The notes below the pieces were generated by a model. That model made no database searches and was not told where the DNA came from. It was given only the letters and a program-made list of their open reading frames with translations. The translations under genes were made by a program, and so were the position numbers. From Squalus acanthias (lineage: Eukaryota), in contig CM059431.1 in assembly GCA_030390025.1 (NCBI GenBank), forward strand, positions 159,590,001 to 159,654,000: DNA of 64,000 bases, read 5' to 3'. Shown here piece by piece: positions 25,480-37,919 of the stretch. Positions within the stretch are counted from its first letter, which is position 1, and the number at the start of each line of letters is the position of its first letter.

Positions 25480-26066
25480 CTGTCGAGAGATAAAGGAGAA
25501 ATAATATGATTATTTTAAAAATAATATTGTGGCAATTATTTCTTACAGTAATTGAGTAAAGTTTAAGAGATTTGTTTTTCATTTCTGGGTTATTCTGAGG
25601 TGGTGACATTTCTCAGTTTCAGAACTTTGCACAGCTCCTCAATGATGGAAATTAAAAGGAATATATGTTACCTACTGTGGAATCAGAGAATCAAAATCAC
25701 TTTTACCCATGCCCTCCCCAAACCTTGGGTCAACATCTGGCTGTGTGGGGAATAATAAACAGAAACACTAAGAATCTATACGATCATGGAATATATAGAG
25801 AATACTAGGTGTACTCTATCAGCCGTCAACTAATGGCAAGGATATAGAGGAGCAAATTTGCAGTGAAATTACAGAGAGGTGCAAGAACTATAGAGTAATG
25901 GAGGCAGAGGGCATGGCAGAGGTATTAATGAGTACTTAGCTTCTGTCTTTACCAAGGAAGAAGATGCTGCTAAAGTCAAAGTAAAAGAGGAGGTAGCTCA
26001 GAAACTGGATGGGATAAAAACTGATAAAGCGGAGGTACTAGAAAGGCTGGCTCTACTTAAAGTAGA

Positions 26067-27690
26067 TAAGAACATAAGAAAACAAGAACATAAGAACAGA
26101 AGAAATAAGAGCAGGAGTAGGCCATACGGCCCCTCGAGTCTGTTCCACCATTTAATAAGATCATGGCTGAACATCGACCTCAACTCCACTTTCCCGCCCA
26201 ATTGCCATATCCCTTGATTACCCTTGAGTCCAAAAATCTATCTGCCTCAGCCTTGAATATATTCAAAGACTTAGCATTCACAGCCCTCTGGGGCAGATAA
26301 TTCCATAGATTGACAACCCTCTGAGGGAAGAAATTCCTCCTCATCTCAGTCTTAAATGGCCCACTCCTTATCCTGAGACTATGCCCCCTAGATCTAGACA
26401 CTCAAGACAGGGGAAACAACCTCTCAGCATCTACCCTGTCAATCCCCTTCAGAATCTTGTATGTTTCAATGACATCATCTCCTATTCTTCTAAACTCCAG
26501 AGAGTATAGGTCCATTCTACACAATCTCTCTTCATAGGACAGCCCTCTCATCCCAGGAATCAATCTAGTGAACCTTTGTTGCACCGCCTCCGAGGCAAGT
26601 ATATCCTTCCTTAAATAAGGAGACCATAACGGTGCACAGTACTCCAGGTGTGGTCTCACCAAGGCCCTGTGCAATTATAGCAAGACTTCCTTACACTTAT
26701 ACTCCAAACCCCTTGCAATAAAACCCAACGTGCCATTTGCCTTCCTTATTGCTTGCTGTACCTGCATGCTAGCTTTCTGTGTTTCTTGCACGAGGACACC
26801 CAAATCTCTCTCAACACCAACATTTGAAAGTTTCTCACCATTTAAAAAATATTTAATTTTTCTATTCTTCCTACCAAAGTGAATAACCTCACATTTCCCT
26901 ACATTATACTCCATCTTCCACATTACTGCCCATTCACTTAGTCTATCTATGTCCCTTTGCAGACTTTTTGTGTTCTCCTCACAGCTTAATGTCCCTTCAT
27001 CTAGGTCATTAATATAGATTGTAAATAGCAGAGGCCCCGACACTGATCCTTGCGGCAACCAACTAATTACAGGCTGCCAACCTGAAAAAGATCCGTTTAT
27101 CCCAACTCTATGTTTTCTGTCCTTTAACCAATCATCTATCCATGCTACTATTTAACTCCCAACCCCATGAGCCCTAATCTTGTATAATAACCTTTTATGT
27201 GGCACGTTATCGAATCCCTTTTGGAAATCCAAAATATACTACATCCACTGGTTCTCCTTTATCTACCCTGTTAGTTACATCCTCAAAAAACTCTAATAAA
27301 TTTATCAAACATGATTTCCCTTTCATAAAACGATGTTTACTCTCCCTAATCATGTTATGATTTTCTAAGTGACTTGATACCACTTCCTTAACAACGGATT
27401 TAAGCATTTTCCCGAATTCTGGTGTCAGGCTAACAGGCCTGTAGTTCCCTGTTTTTTCTCTCCCTCCTTTCTTGAATAGCGATGTTACATTTGCGAACTT
27501 CCAATCCGCTGGGAACATTCCAGAATCTAGGGAATTTTGGAAGATCAAAACCAATGCATCAACTATCTCTTCTGCCGCCTCTTTTAGAACGCTGGGATGT
27601 AGGCCGTCAGGTCCAGGGGATTTGTCGGCATTTAGTCCTATTAGTTTCTTGAGTACTTTTTTTCTACTTATATTAATTACGTTAAGTATT
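26067..27690 (-). mobile_element. CR1 LINE nested inside a plus-strand CR1
   Basis: ORFs 26180-27554 encode CR1 RT; aagaacat tail repeats at 26067-26110. Confidence 0.95.
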
Positions 27691-28119
27691 TTTATCGAGA
27701 GATAAAGAAGAAAGAATATGATTATTTAAAAAATAATATGGTGGCAATTATTTCTTAATTAAGTTAAATTTAAGAGATTTGTTTTTCATTTCTGGGTTAT
27801 TCTGAGGTGGTGACATTTCTCAGTTTCAGAACTCAGCCCAGCTCCTCAATGATGGAAATAAAAAGGAATATATATTAACTACTGTAGAATCAGAGAATGA
27901 AAATCACTTTTGCCCATGCCCTCCCCAAACCTTGGGTCAACATCTGGCTGTGTAGGGAATAATAAACAGAAAAACTCAGAATCTATGTGATCATGGAATA
28001 TATATAGAATACTAGGTATATTCTATCAGCCGCCAAATAGTGGGAAGGATATAGAGGGCAAATTTGCAGTGAAATTACAGAGAGGTGCAAGAACTATAGA
28101 GTAGAATATAAGAACATAA

Positions 28120-29500
28120 GATACCAGCACCGGATGGGATGCATCCTAGGATGCCGAGGGAAGTAAAGGTGGAAATGTGGAGGTACTGACCATAATCTTC
28201 CAATCCTCCTTGGTTACGGGGTTTTTGCCAGAGGACTGGAGAATGGCAATGTTACACCCTTGTTTAAAAAGTGTGTACGGATAAACCCAGCAACTACAGG
28301 CCAGTCAGTTTAACCTTGGTAAAGAAAAGATAATCCGGGACAAAATTAACAGTCACTTGGACAAGTGTGGATTAATTAAGGAAAGCCAGCACGGGTTTGT
28401 TAAAGGCAAATCGTGTTCAACTAAGTTGATTGAGTTTTGTTGAGGTAACAGAGAGGGTTGATGAGGGCAATGGGGTTGATGTGGGGTACATGGACTTCCA
28501 AAAGGCGTTGGATAAAGTGCCACACAATAGGCTTGCCATCAAAGTTGAAGCCCATGGAATAAAAGGGAAAGTGGCAGCATGGATACAAAATTGGCTAAGT
28601 GACAGGAAACAGAGAGTAGTGGTGCACGGTTGTTTATCGGACTGGAGGACGATACACAGTGGCGTTCCCCAGGGGTCGGTACTAGGACCACTGGTTTCCT
28701 TGATAGATATTAATGACTTGGACTTCGGTTTACAGGGCACAATTTCAAAATCATCACGTTTTTAAAATTAGTTAAAATTACATTAAATTAAATATTTTAA
28801 ACAAAAATTAATTTTTTGAAAAAAAAATTAAAGTTGTTACGGGGCTAAAAAGTTTTAAAAAGCAGTTAAAAAAGCATACGGGATCCTGGGCTTCATAAAA
28901 AAGGCATAGAGTAAAAAAAGCAAGGAAATAATGATGAACGTTTATAAAACAATAGTTCGGCCTCAACTGGAGTACTGTGTCCAATTCTGGCCACCACAGT
29001 TTAGGAAGGATGTGAAGGCCTTAGAGAGAGTGCAGACAAGATTTACAAGAATGGTTCCAAGGATGAGGGACTTCAGTTACGTGGATAGACTGGAGAAGCT
29101 GGGGTTGTTCTCTTAAAAGCAGAGAAGGTTGAGAGGAGATTTAATAGGGGTGTTCAAAATCATGAAGGATCTGGACAGAGTAGATCGAGAGAAACTGTTT
29201 CCATTGTCGGTTGTGTCGAAAACCAGAGGACAGAGATTTAAGGTGATTGGCAGTAGAATCAAAGGTGACATGAAGAAAAACATTTTTACGCAGCGAGTGG
29301 TTAGGATCTGGAATGTACTGCCTGGTGGAGTGCATATTCAATCGTAGGAATTGGATAAGTAGCTGAAGGGGGAAAAATACAGGGCTATGGAGAAAACGCA
29401 GAGGAGTTGGACTGCTGAAGTGTTCTTGCAGAGAGCCGGCACGGGCTCAATGGGCTGAATGGCCTCCTTCTGTGCTGTAACCATTCTATGATTCTATGTA
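28120..29500 (+). mobile_element. CR1 LINE RT and 3' tail, continuing the fragment at 25770-26070
   Basis: DFQKALDKVPH, SGVPQGSVLGP and RPQLEYCVQFW; attctatg tail. ...aaagtagataag at 26070 continues as ccagcaccggatggg at 28123. Confidence 0.93.
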
Positions 29501-30099
29501 TATGTTTAAATCGGTAACATACTCAACTTCCTCATGATTTTGAAAGCATTCAGGGAAATAGGAGTTCAATTGTTTCTCGGGAACACATTCTCAGATATAT
29601 AATCCATAATATCACTGTTTTCGTAATTAGCTCTTTAGTCCGTAAGTGAGATATTTGCAGAGGTTAAGGAACAGTTTTGGCAAGGAACGCGCAGGAGGTT
29701 GGAGAGATAGACGTGGCTGACAGTTGTTTTCAATAAAGTTGAATTTTTTCAATATTTGTTCACGGGATGTAGGCGTCGCTGGCTAAGCCAACTTTTATTG
29801 CCCATCCCTAATTGACCTTGAGTGGCTTGCTAGGCCATTTCAGAAAGTAGTTAAGAGTCAGCAACATTGCCGTGGGTCTGTAGTCACACATAGGCCAGAG
29901 CGGGTAAGGATGGCAGATTTCCTTCCCTCAAGGACATTAGTGAACCAGATGGGTTTTTACAACAATCCGGTAGTTACATGGTCACCATTACTGATACTAG
30001 CTTTTTATTCCAGATTTACCAGGTCTAACAGAGGATTTCTATGAGTTAGCAGCACAGACAAAGTGGCGAAACTTTGAGCTCAGCAAAACCTATAAGTAC

Positions 30100-30447
30100 A
30101 CAAGAACGTAAGAACTAGGAGCAGGATTAGGCTTTACGGCCCTTCGAGCCTGCTCCGCCATTCAATAAGATCATGGCTGATCTTCGACCGCACCTCCACT
30201 TTCTCACCCGATCCTCATATGCTTTGATTCCCCTAGAGTCCAAAAGTCTATCGATCTAAGCCTTGAATATATTCAACGACTCAGCATTCACAGGCCTTTC
30301 GGGGAGAGAATTCCAAAGATTCACAGCCCTCTGAGTGAAGATATACCTCCTCATCTTAGTCTTAAATGGCCGAACCCTTATCCTCAGACTAAGCCCCCTA
30401 GTTCTAGACACTCCAGCCAGAGAAAACAACCTCACTCTCAGCATCTA
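30100..30447 (-). mobile_element. CR1 3' tail
   Basis: TRGLSLRIRVRPFKTKMRRYIFTQRAVNLWNSLP plus the conserved tail. Confidence 0.9.
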
Positions 30448-30448
30448 T

Positions 30449-30572
30449 TACAAAAGCAAAATACTGCGGATGCTGGAAATCTGAAATAAAAACAGAAAAT
30501 GCTGGAAATACTCAGCAGGTCAGCCAGCATCTGTGGAGAGAGAAACAGACTTAACGTTTCAGGTCGATGACA
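30449..30572. mobile_element. Short interspersed repeat end, probably Penelope-like
   Basis: aaatactgcggatgctggaaatctgaaataaaaacagaaaatgctggaaatactcagcagg resembles a common elasmobranch repeat terminus. The family assignment is from recall, not a search. Confidence 0.45.
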
Positions 30573-30584
30573 CTGCCTCAGAAT

Positions 30585-31028
30585 CATTTAAACATTATAA
30601 AACCTGTGCAATTATGTAAGATTATTTTTCGCCCAGTTAAAACGTTTAATTTTTTTCAATTACATTTATGTTTTAATTAAATGGCATTATAATTTATTTT
30701 AAATATGTATTTATTTATTTATTTGACATGTAGATGTATTTTTGGGGTATTCCCATTCATGTTTATAGGGATTGCGTATGTATATACGGAAGCCCCATAA
30801 GCAAGAATGGGGATCCCTTTCTTTCATTCGTTTGGCCAGCCCACGTCATACCAGGGGTGGTTGTCAATCACGTGCGCTCCTGGGATACGTGGGCCTCTAC
30901 CTGCGGGTACCCGGAGAGGCCCAGGACCGCGAGTCTCCGTACCTCCCGGACGGCCCGGTACGCGGGCATTTTATTTAAAAATCGGAGGAATTTCCCCGCG
31001 GGAAGCCTCCGACCGGAAATGCTGGGCC
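30585..31028 (+). mobile_element. Harbinger-type MITE, 5'-truncated (a small fragment also at 24545-24662)
   Basis: Shares the AT core and right arm gggaagcctccgaccggaaatgctgggcc. Confidence 0.78.
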
Positions 31029-31283
31029 TTTATCTCAGAAGAACATCTGCTGCTGCATCAAGATTGAGTGTAAGATTTGGTAGAGGTACAAGTGTGAATT
31101 ATGAAGCTTTCTGTACCATTCAGAGGATAATTTACCTCATTGGTAATAATAAAAATGTTAACAATCTCAGATAAGTAGGAAGCCACAACACAATGAGAAG
31201 AGACTGAAAACACGGTTCGAAGTTCACTGGATTAAGTTTAAATACGGGCAGATATATGAATTCAACACGAAGGGTAATCTCAC

Positions 31284-31812
31284 CGGATGTGTGTGCGGTT
31301 CTGTCATATCCACCGGCTCCTTTTTCTTGCAGCCCCGGCTGTCGATCTTCATTCACTTTGTGTGTGGGGCTGATGTCACTGTAAGTTTCCACGCAGAGCG
31401 GTGATTCTGTAAAAGCATTTTCCTCTTGGTTCTGATTGAATATTTCAGGTTTGACGCTGACAGGACTGGTCTTTGTAAATGTATTGGTATGAGACGCGGT
31501 CCCAGTGGGAACCCTCGGGTCCATTTCTGTGTTGAGATCTTTAACCGTGTCACCAGCTGTCCTGTCGGTGCTCCTGTCAGTTCCTGTAGGGATATTCTGC
31601 CTGTCGTCCTTTTCTTTACTACTCTTGTTCTTTTTGCGAAATAGATTTCGAGCCATTTCTATTGGAGTTTCATGCTTTTGGTCGCCTGGTCGCTTGTGCC
31701 GCTCTTCACGGACATCATCGAGTTTGGTGTTTACATCGCCCCGTTCGTTTTGGCTAGTGAGACCGAACCATTCTTTTGGTCGCCAGGATTTCCCTTTCGG
31801 TTTCTTAGCCAT
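31284..31812 (-). CDS. NLR gene, first coding exon (176-aa K/R/T/D-rich low-complexity N-terminus)
   Basis: ORF MAKKPKGKSW...AHTS ends at donor TCCG|gtgaga (phase 1, 529 nt), matching the phase of the next exon. Acceptor ttgttttag| at 31842 lies 29 nt upstream of the ATG. Confidence 0.7.
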
Positions 31813-32269
31813 GATATCTCCACATGGGGAAACTTCTTGTTCTAAAACAAAGATTCAGATGTTCAGCAATAATATTCGTAAAGCAGATCTCACTGGATGT
31901 AACCGGGCTGGACAGGTTTTAATAAATAATTCTAAAACTTCACACGTTCCATATTTTTACAATCCTAATTAGGTTCCCGTATTGATTGTGCTCCATCGTA
32001 ATGAATTTAAAGCGATGGGAATGACGGTTAAGCATAACATTATGCGTGCCATGTGTAAGTGGAGAGACCAACACGTGGTTAAAGCGTAGGCATAGAGTAT
32101 CGGGGTTTTAGTCCTTTAAACAATGGGATACTGTTCAAATGGAGGGTGAGGGCGTGTGGTGGTGGTTTATGCAGGACTGCTGGGTTCCACCTAAACAAAC
32201 GTGGGTGAAGAGGTGTTGGCAGGCAGCATAGATAGAATGGAGGGGAATGCATCATGGAGGGGTGAAAAT

Positions 32270-33760
32270 TAATTTTCCAATCTTCCCCAGATGCGGGAGA
32301 GGTGCCTGAGGATTGGAAAGTGGCAAATGTGACACAATTGTTCAAGAAAGGGTGCAAGGACAATCCTTGTAACTACAGGCCGGTCAGTTTAACATCAGTG
32401 GTGGATAAAGTTTTAGAAACAATAATCAAGGAAAACGTTAACGGACACTTGGAGAGGTTTAAGCTAATTTAGGAGAGCCAACACGGATTTGTAAAAGGCA
32501 GATCGTGTCTGACTAATCTGATTGAATTTTTTGATGCAGTAACAGGGAGGATTGATGAAGGGATTGCAATGGATGTTGGCTACATGGATATTCGGAAAGC
32601 GTTTGATAAAACTACCACATAGAAGGCTGGCTAAGAAAATTAAGGCTCATGGAATAGGTGGGTCAGTGGCAGCTTGGATAAGGAATTGGCTTAAGGACAG
32701 AAAACTTCAAGTTGTGGTAAATAGCTATTTTTCAGACTGGAGGATGGTTGACAGCGGTGCTCCCCAAGGCTGGGGCCACTGATTTTTTTGATATATATAA
32801 ATGACCTGGACATTGAAATACAGAGTAGAATTTCTGAATTTGCCGATTACACCAAACTTGGGAGGGTGGCAAACAGTGATGTTGATATCAATCGACTGCA
32901 ACAGGACATCGAAAGGCTAGCAGAATGGGCAGACAAGTGGCAGATGGAATTTAATACAGAGAAGTGTGAGGTGATGCATTTTGGCAGAAGGAACAGGGAG
33001 AGTCAATATAAACTTAATGGCACAGTTTTGAAGCGTGTGCAGGGACAGAGGGACCTGGGAGTTAATGTGCATAGGTCCCTGAAGATGGCAGGACATATAG
33101 AGAGAGTGGTTAAAAAAGCATATGGGATCTTGGGCTTCATAAATAGAGGTATTGAGTACCAAAGTAGAGAAGTTATGCTGCACCTTTATAATGCGCTGTT
33201 TAGGCCACAACTGGAGTATTGTGCCCAGTTCTGGTCACCACACTTCAGGAAGCATGTGAATCCCCTTGAGAGGATGCAGAGGAGATTTACCAGAATGGTT
33301 CTGGGGATGGGGGATCTTCGCTAGGACAGGATGGAGAAGCTGGATTTGTTTCCACTAGAGCAAAGGTGGTTGAGGGATGATTTGATAGAGGTGTACAAGA
33401 TTATGACGGGTTTGGATAGGCTAGACGAGGAAAGGCTATTCCCATTAGTTGATGGTGCAAGGATTAGGGGGCACAGGTTTAAGGTTTTGGGCAAGAGATA
33501 CAGGGGGGATGTGAGGAAAATCTTTCTAGCGCAGCACGTGGTGATGACCCGGAATTCGCTGCCGACGGAAGTGGTGGAAGTGGAGACACTCAATGTTTTC
33601 AAGGGGAGACTGGATAGGCACTTGAGGGAAATAAACTTGCAGGGCTACGGGGATAGAGCGGTGGAATGGGACTGACTGAATTGCCATACAGAGAGCCGGC
33701 ACGGACTCAATGGGCCGAATGGCCTCCTTCTGTGCCGTTATGACTCTATGACTCTATGAG
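32270..33760 (+). mobile_element. CR1 LINE RT and 3' tail
   Basis: ORFs 32788-33675 (YINDLD, FADYTKL, RPQLEYCAQFW); actctatg tail repeats. Confidence 0.96.
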
Positions 33761-34369
33761 ATGCGGGGGTGGTTGTGGTGGGTGTTACAGAAAACCCCTC
33801 ATACTGAATGGAGCAAATCTTCAGGTGTGCCAATGAAAACTTAAATTAACGTTTAATATATCTAATCCCAATGTTGGAGGAAAAACAATGTAAAATGTTA
33901 ATAACATAAATGCGAGAGATAAAAAGAACATTGGAGCTTTACTTGGATTCATGCAAAATTTCTGACAAATAAGATCTGTGACCTGTAAAGTCTTTTAGGG
34001 GCTGATAGTTCGGACATGATTAGCTTCACACAGATATTATTAAATGATTCAATCAATCGATCACTTAACTTGAACCTTGTAAATTGTTTAGAAGAGACAT
34101 TATCAGGAAAAAAGTGGGTGATGTGGTAGTTTATATATTGTGCCACGTGTGACAAAAGATGATAGAAATGAAAGGGCGATCGCAGGTCACTTTAAGTAGA
34201 TTTAATAGATAGTTACAGAGGCAGCTATAACTGGGGGTAGGATATTGACTCCAAGGCGAGGGTGAAAGTTTTAATCTGAAGCAGTGGATGAAATAAGGAA
34301 GGCGACTAGTAAGGGGCCAACTATAGTAGTTGGAGATTTAATATACCAGGTGTTTGCTGGGAAAACAAT

Positions 34370-35068
34370 GGGCCGTAATTTGCGGCCCCTGCGGGTGCGT
34401 ATGAAGTGCGCACGCGCCCGTATGTGCCGCGCAAGAGCCGGGTTTAGGCATGCACTGCGCATGCACTTAAAAATTTCTCTTGACATCATCCGCATCCCCG
34501 GGAGAAGGGCCTCCGCGGGCGGAGAGTTGTGCTATTTGCACAACTTCTTCCCAGCGGACGCCCTTGAAATTCTTACGACTGGTAAAAGCAAGCGTATGGC
34601 CTGCTTTTTAACAGCGTTAGAGTTTTCAAAAATAGAAAAATAAAATGTTATCACTCATTTATACATTAAAAAAACTGTCCAATAAGGTAAGTTTATTTTT
34701 AGCCCCGTTAAAATATAAAATTAAATTTTTCTTTAAAATATTTAATTAAAAGCCATTTTTATTAATTTTAAATACGTATTTTTTATTATCTCATGTTTGT
34801 GTAGTTTTTTCAATAACCCCCATTCATACTTAAGGAGGTTCCCGACAAACGGAATCCCCATATGTATGAATGGGTATTCCCCTCTTTTATTTGTTCGGCG
34901 GGCCCACGTGATCCCAGGTGCGCTTGCGAACCGCATGCACCCCTGGGATACGTAGGCCTCTGCCCGCGCGTACCCGGAGAGGCCCAGGAGCGCGAATCTC
35001 CGTACCTCCGGGACCACCAGATAAATCCAGCTTCCCCGCGGGAAGCCTCCGACCGCAAATTTTGGACC
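34370..35068 (+). mobile_element. Harbinger-type MITE with AAT target-site duplication
   Basis: AAT-GGGCCGTAATTTGCGG ... CCGCAAATTTTGGACC-AAT. Confidence 0.88.
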
Positions 35069-37289
35069 AATGTATCTACTGGTAAGAAAAGTAAGGACAT
35101 TCTAGGGTTAATGAAAGATCGTTGATGACTCAGTTTGTAAAAGAGCCTGGAAGGGGAAAAAAGGTCGTCAATTTAGTTATATGTAGAAGCTAAGATCAAA
35201 TCTCCAGCACAAAGGTGGGTTAGACTTTAAGTACAACAACAACAACAACTTGTATTTGTTTAGCACCTTTAACGCCGTAAATCGTCCCAAGGCGCTTAAC
35301 AGGAGAAATTAGGACAGCACCTCCCAAACCCGCGACCTCTTCCACCTAGAATGACGAGGGCAGCAGGCGCATGGGAACAACCACCACCTCCAAGTTTCCC
35401 TCCAAGTCACACACCATCATGACTTAGAAGTATATCGTCGCTCCTTCATCGTTGCTGGGTCAAAATCCTGGAACTCCCTCCCTAACAGCACTGTGGGAGT
35501 ATCTTCACCACACGGGCTGCAGCGGTTCAAGAAGGCAGCCCACCACCACCTTCTCAAGAGCAATTAGGGATGGACAATAAATGCTGGCCTTGCCAGCGAC
35601 GCCCACATCCCATAAAATGAAGGGAGACGGGCGATGTTACAGAGTTGGAAATATGCAGTCTTAGTTATGGTACGGATTTCTGGTTGGAAGTTCATTTCCG
35701 GTTCAACCGTGTCAAAGGCTGCAGACAGGTCGAGAAAGACGAGAAGGCAGAGCTTACCTTTATCACAGTCAAATAGTGGCTGTGATCATAATGTTATCAC
35801 AAAGGACATAACATGAATTGGAGAGAGAGAGAGACTACTTAAATCCAAAGAAAGTTGCCAAATTTAAGGAGACGATCATGATGTGCTTGACATGTCCTGT
35901 GAGAGTTGGCCTGCCAGGTTTGATTAAGGTTGGGTGAGTGGGCAACTGTAGAGTTCCTTCAAGGAGGCGATACTGACTGCAGTAGACCTATTCATACCCA
36001 TGCAAAGCAAAGGTCCCAGATTAAATGCCCTACTGTTTGGTTGAACGGGACCTCCTTTATACGGCCCACCCAATATTACTCGATATTTAAGTCGACTTCG
36101 ATGCCTTTTAAATATTCGGGTTAATTTTAACATTTGGCGATAGTGATAAACAGGCGATATCTGACAATTGGATGTCGGTCATACACCTCGTTCAATGTAA
36201 TTTAATGATAAGGAAAATCGGGAGAGTTCTGTAACGGGAGGCCAATTAGATAGTGTCCATTTTACACTATCGTTAAATAATAAAATCAGCCTCATTGGAT
36301 CGAAATGAACAGGAAGAAATAGACGGAGTAGCAGGTTAAGGCCAACCAACTGATCGAATGCAATTTGCTCTGCCCACGTCGGTCCTTACCCGACCGAAAG
36401 TTTATTTTTGTCACCCTTAAGTGGCTCGGTGTCATTTTGTTCCTGCCATACAGATTCAGAAAGAAACGCTGGTTAAATTGGTTATTAGACTATGTTAAAA
36501 ATGTAGGCAGAAGGAAGGTCAAGGTTTATTGCGCAGATTGAGGGAGTGGCGTATTGACATAAGCTTATACAGCATATTCCAAATACTGATCAAAGTGTAC
36601 ATTGATAATAATGATCTAATCTTGGTTTCACTGAAGTAAATTCTCAACGTGGGCGGCACGTAATCACTTGCTGTCTGCAACGAAATGAGTAATAGAGACA
36701 ATAATAGTTTTATTCGCATATTATAAAACGATTATAGGCTCAGGGTAGGAAAATAAGCAGTTGCCCGACCAATGAAAGAGATACAAGAACAGCCTAGATG
36801 CGTTTCTTGTAACTGAAACCTTCTCCTCTCAAAATCTGGATCTGGACAACATTTTGAGATTTTCACCATTGCCATGTGGGCGGTAATTGCAAAGGACAGG
36901 GTGATCAGCATTATCCCCATTATTTCTCACTTCTGCAACAGCAATCGGCATTTTTTTGCCATAAATCCTGTTTTACGTGCATCACGTTGATAACTACGTG
37001 CAAACTTGTACCCGTTGCATACAATAAAACATATTACTAGCTTTTATGAGATTATCAGCGATAAACCGATGAAACTGATCCACCCAGGTTCTGAATGCCA
37101 CAAATGGGCTGCGTCAGTGTAAAGATAGAATGAGAGATAATGGTTTCTGGATGAGACGTTGCTCTCCATTTGGAGCCCTGTTTGTAACTTTGTTGATATA
37201 ATGTCAGGAAACATACGATTGCCCCAGATTGGATAGAGAGGCAAGAAATGAAAATTCCGAGATATTCCACTAAAATTCTTGCAACAATC

Positions 37290-37567
37290 AGAATAAGGGG
37301 TCGGCCATTTAGGACTGAGATGAAGAGAAATTTCTACAGTCAAAGGGTTGTGAATCTTTGGAATTCTCTACCACAGAGGGCTGTTGATGCTCAGTTGTTT
37401 AGTATATTCAAGACAAGAGATCGTTAGAATTTTGAGAATCAACAGATATGGGGATAGTGCGGGAAGATGGAATTGAGGCTGAAGATCAGCCATGATTTTA
37501 TTGAATGGCGGAGCAGGCTCGAAGGGCCGAATGGCCTACTCCTGCTCCTATTTCTTATGTTCTTATG
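37290..37567 (+). mobile_element. CR1 3' tail
   Basis: Matches the other CR1 tails and ends ttcttatgttcttatg. Confidence 0.88.
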
Positions 37568-37667
37568 ACTGTCGCAAGCACCACACAAATATGAAGTAGA
37601 GGCGAATAGATTTCGCCAGTACCCGGTGCAACTTTGCCTGTTGTTATCTAATTATGTAGACTCTTAC

Positions 37668-37782
37668 CTTCCACTGATGATTCTCTTTTCTAATTTCAGT
37701 GTCAGACTCAAAGGATGATATTTATTCTGGAGCAGAAGCAACACAGACGCCTCCATCAATTTCAATAGTTGTATGTCCTGCC
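37668..37782 (-). other. Candidate 5'UTR exon of the NLR gene (115 nt)
   Basis: Unique sequence bounded by ttcttttcatag| and a strong donor AAG|gtaaga. The frame that would join the downstream CDS contains stops, so it is non-coding. Confidence 0.5.
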
Positions 37783-37919
37783 CTATGAAAAGAACTGTCT
37801 CAGTAAGGCTGAAGTTTGCAAAAAAAATGTTTTTAAATCCTTAAGGGATAAAACCTTCTCTGCTTGCCCTGTGAAGTGACAGTATAAACATCTTGATGAA
37901 GATTTTTTCTGTTAAATAT

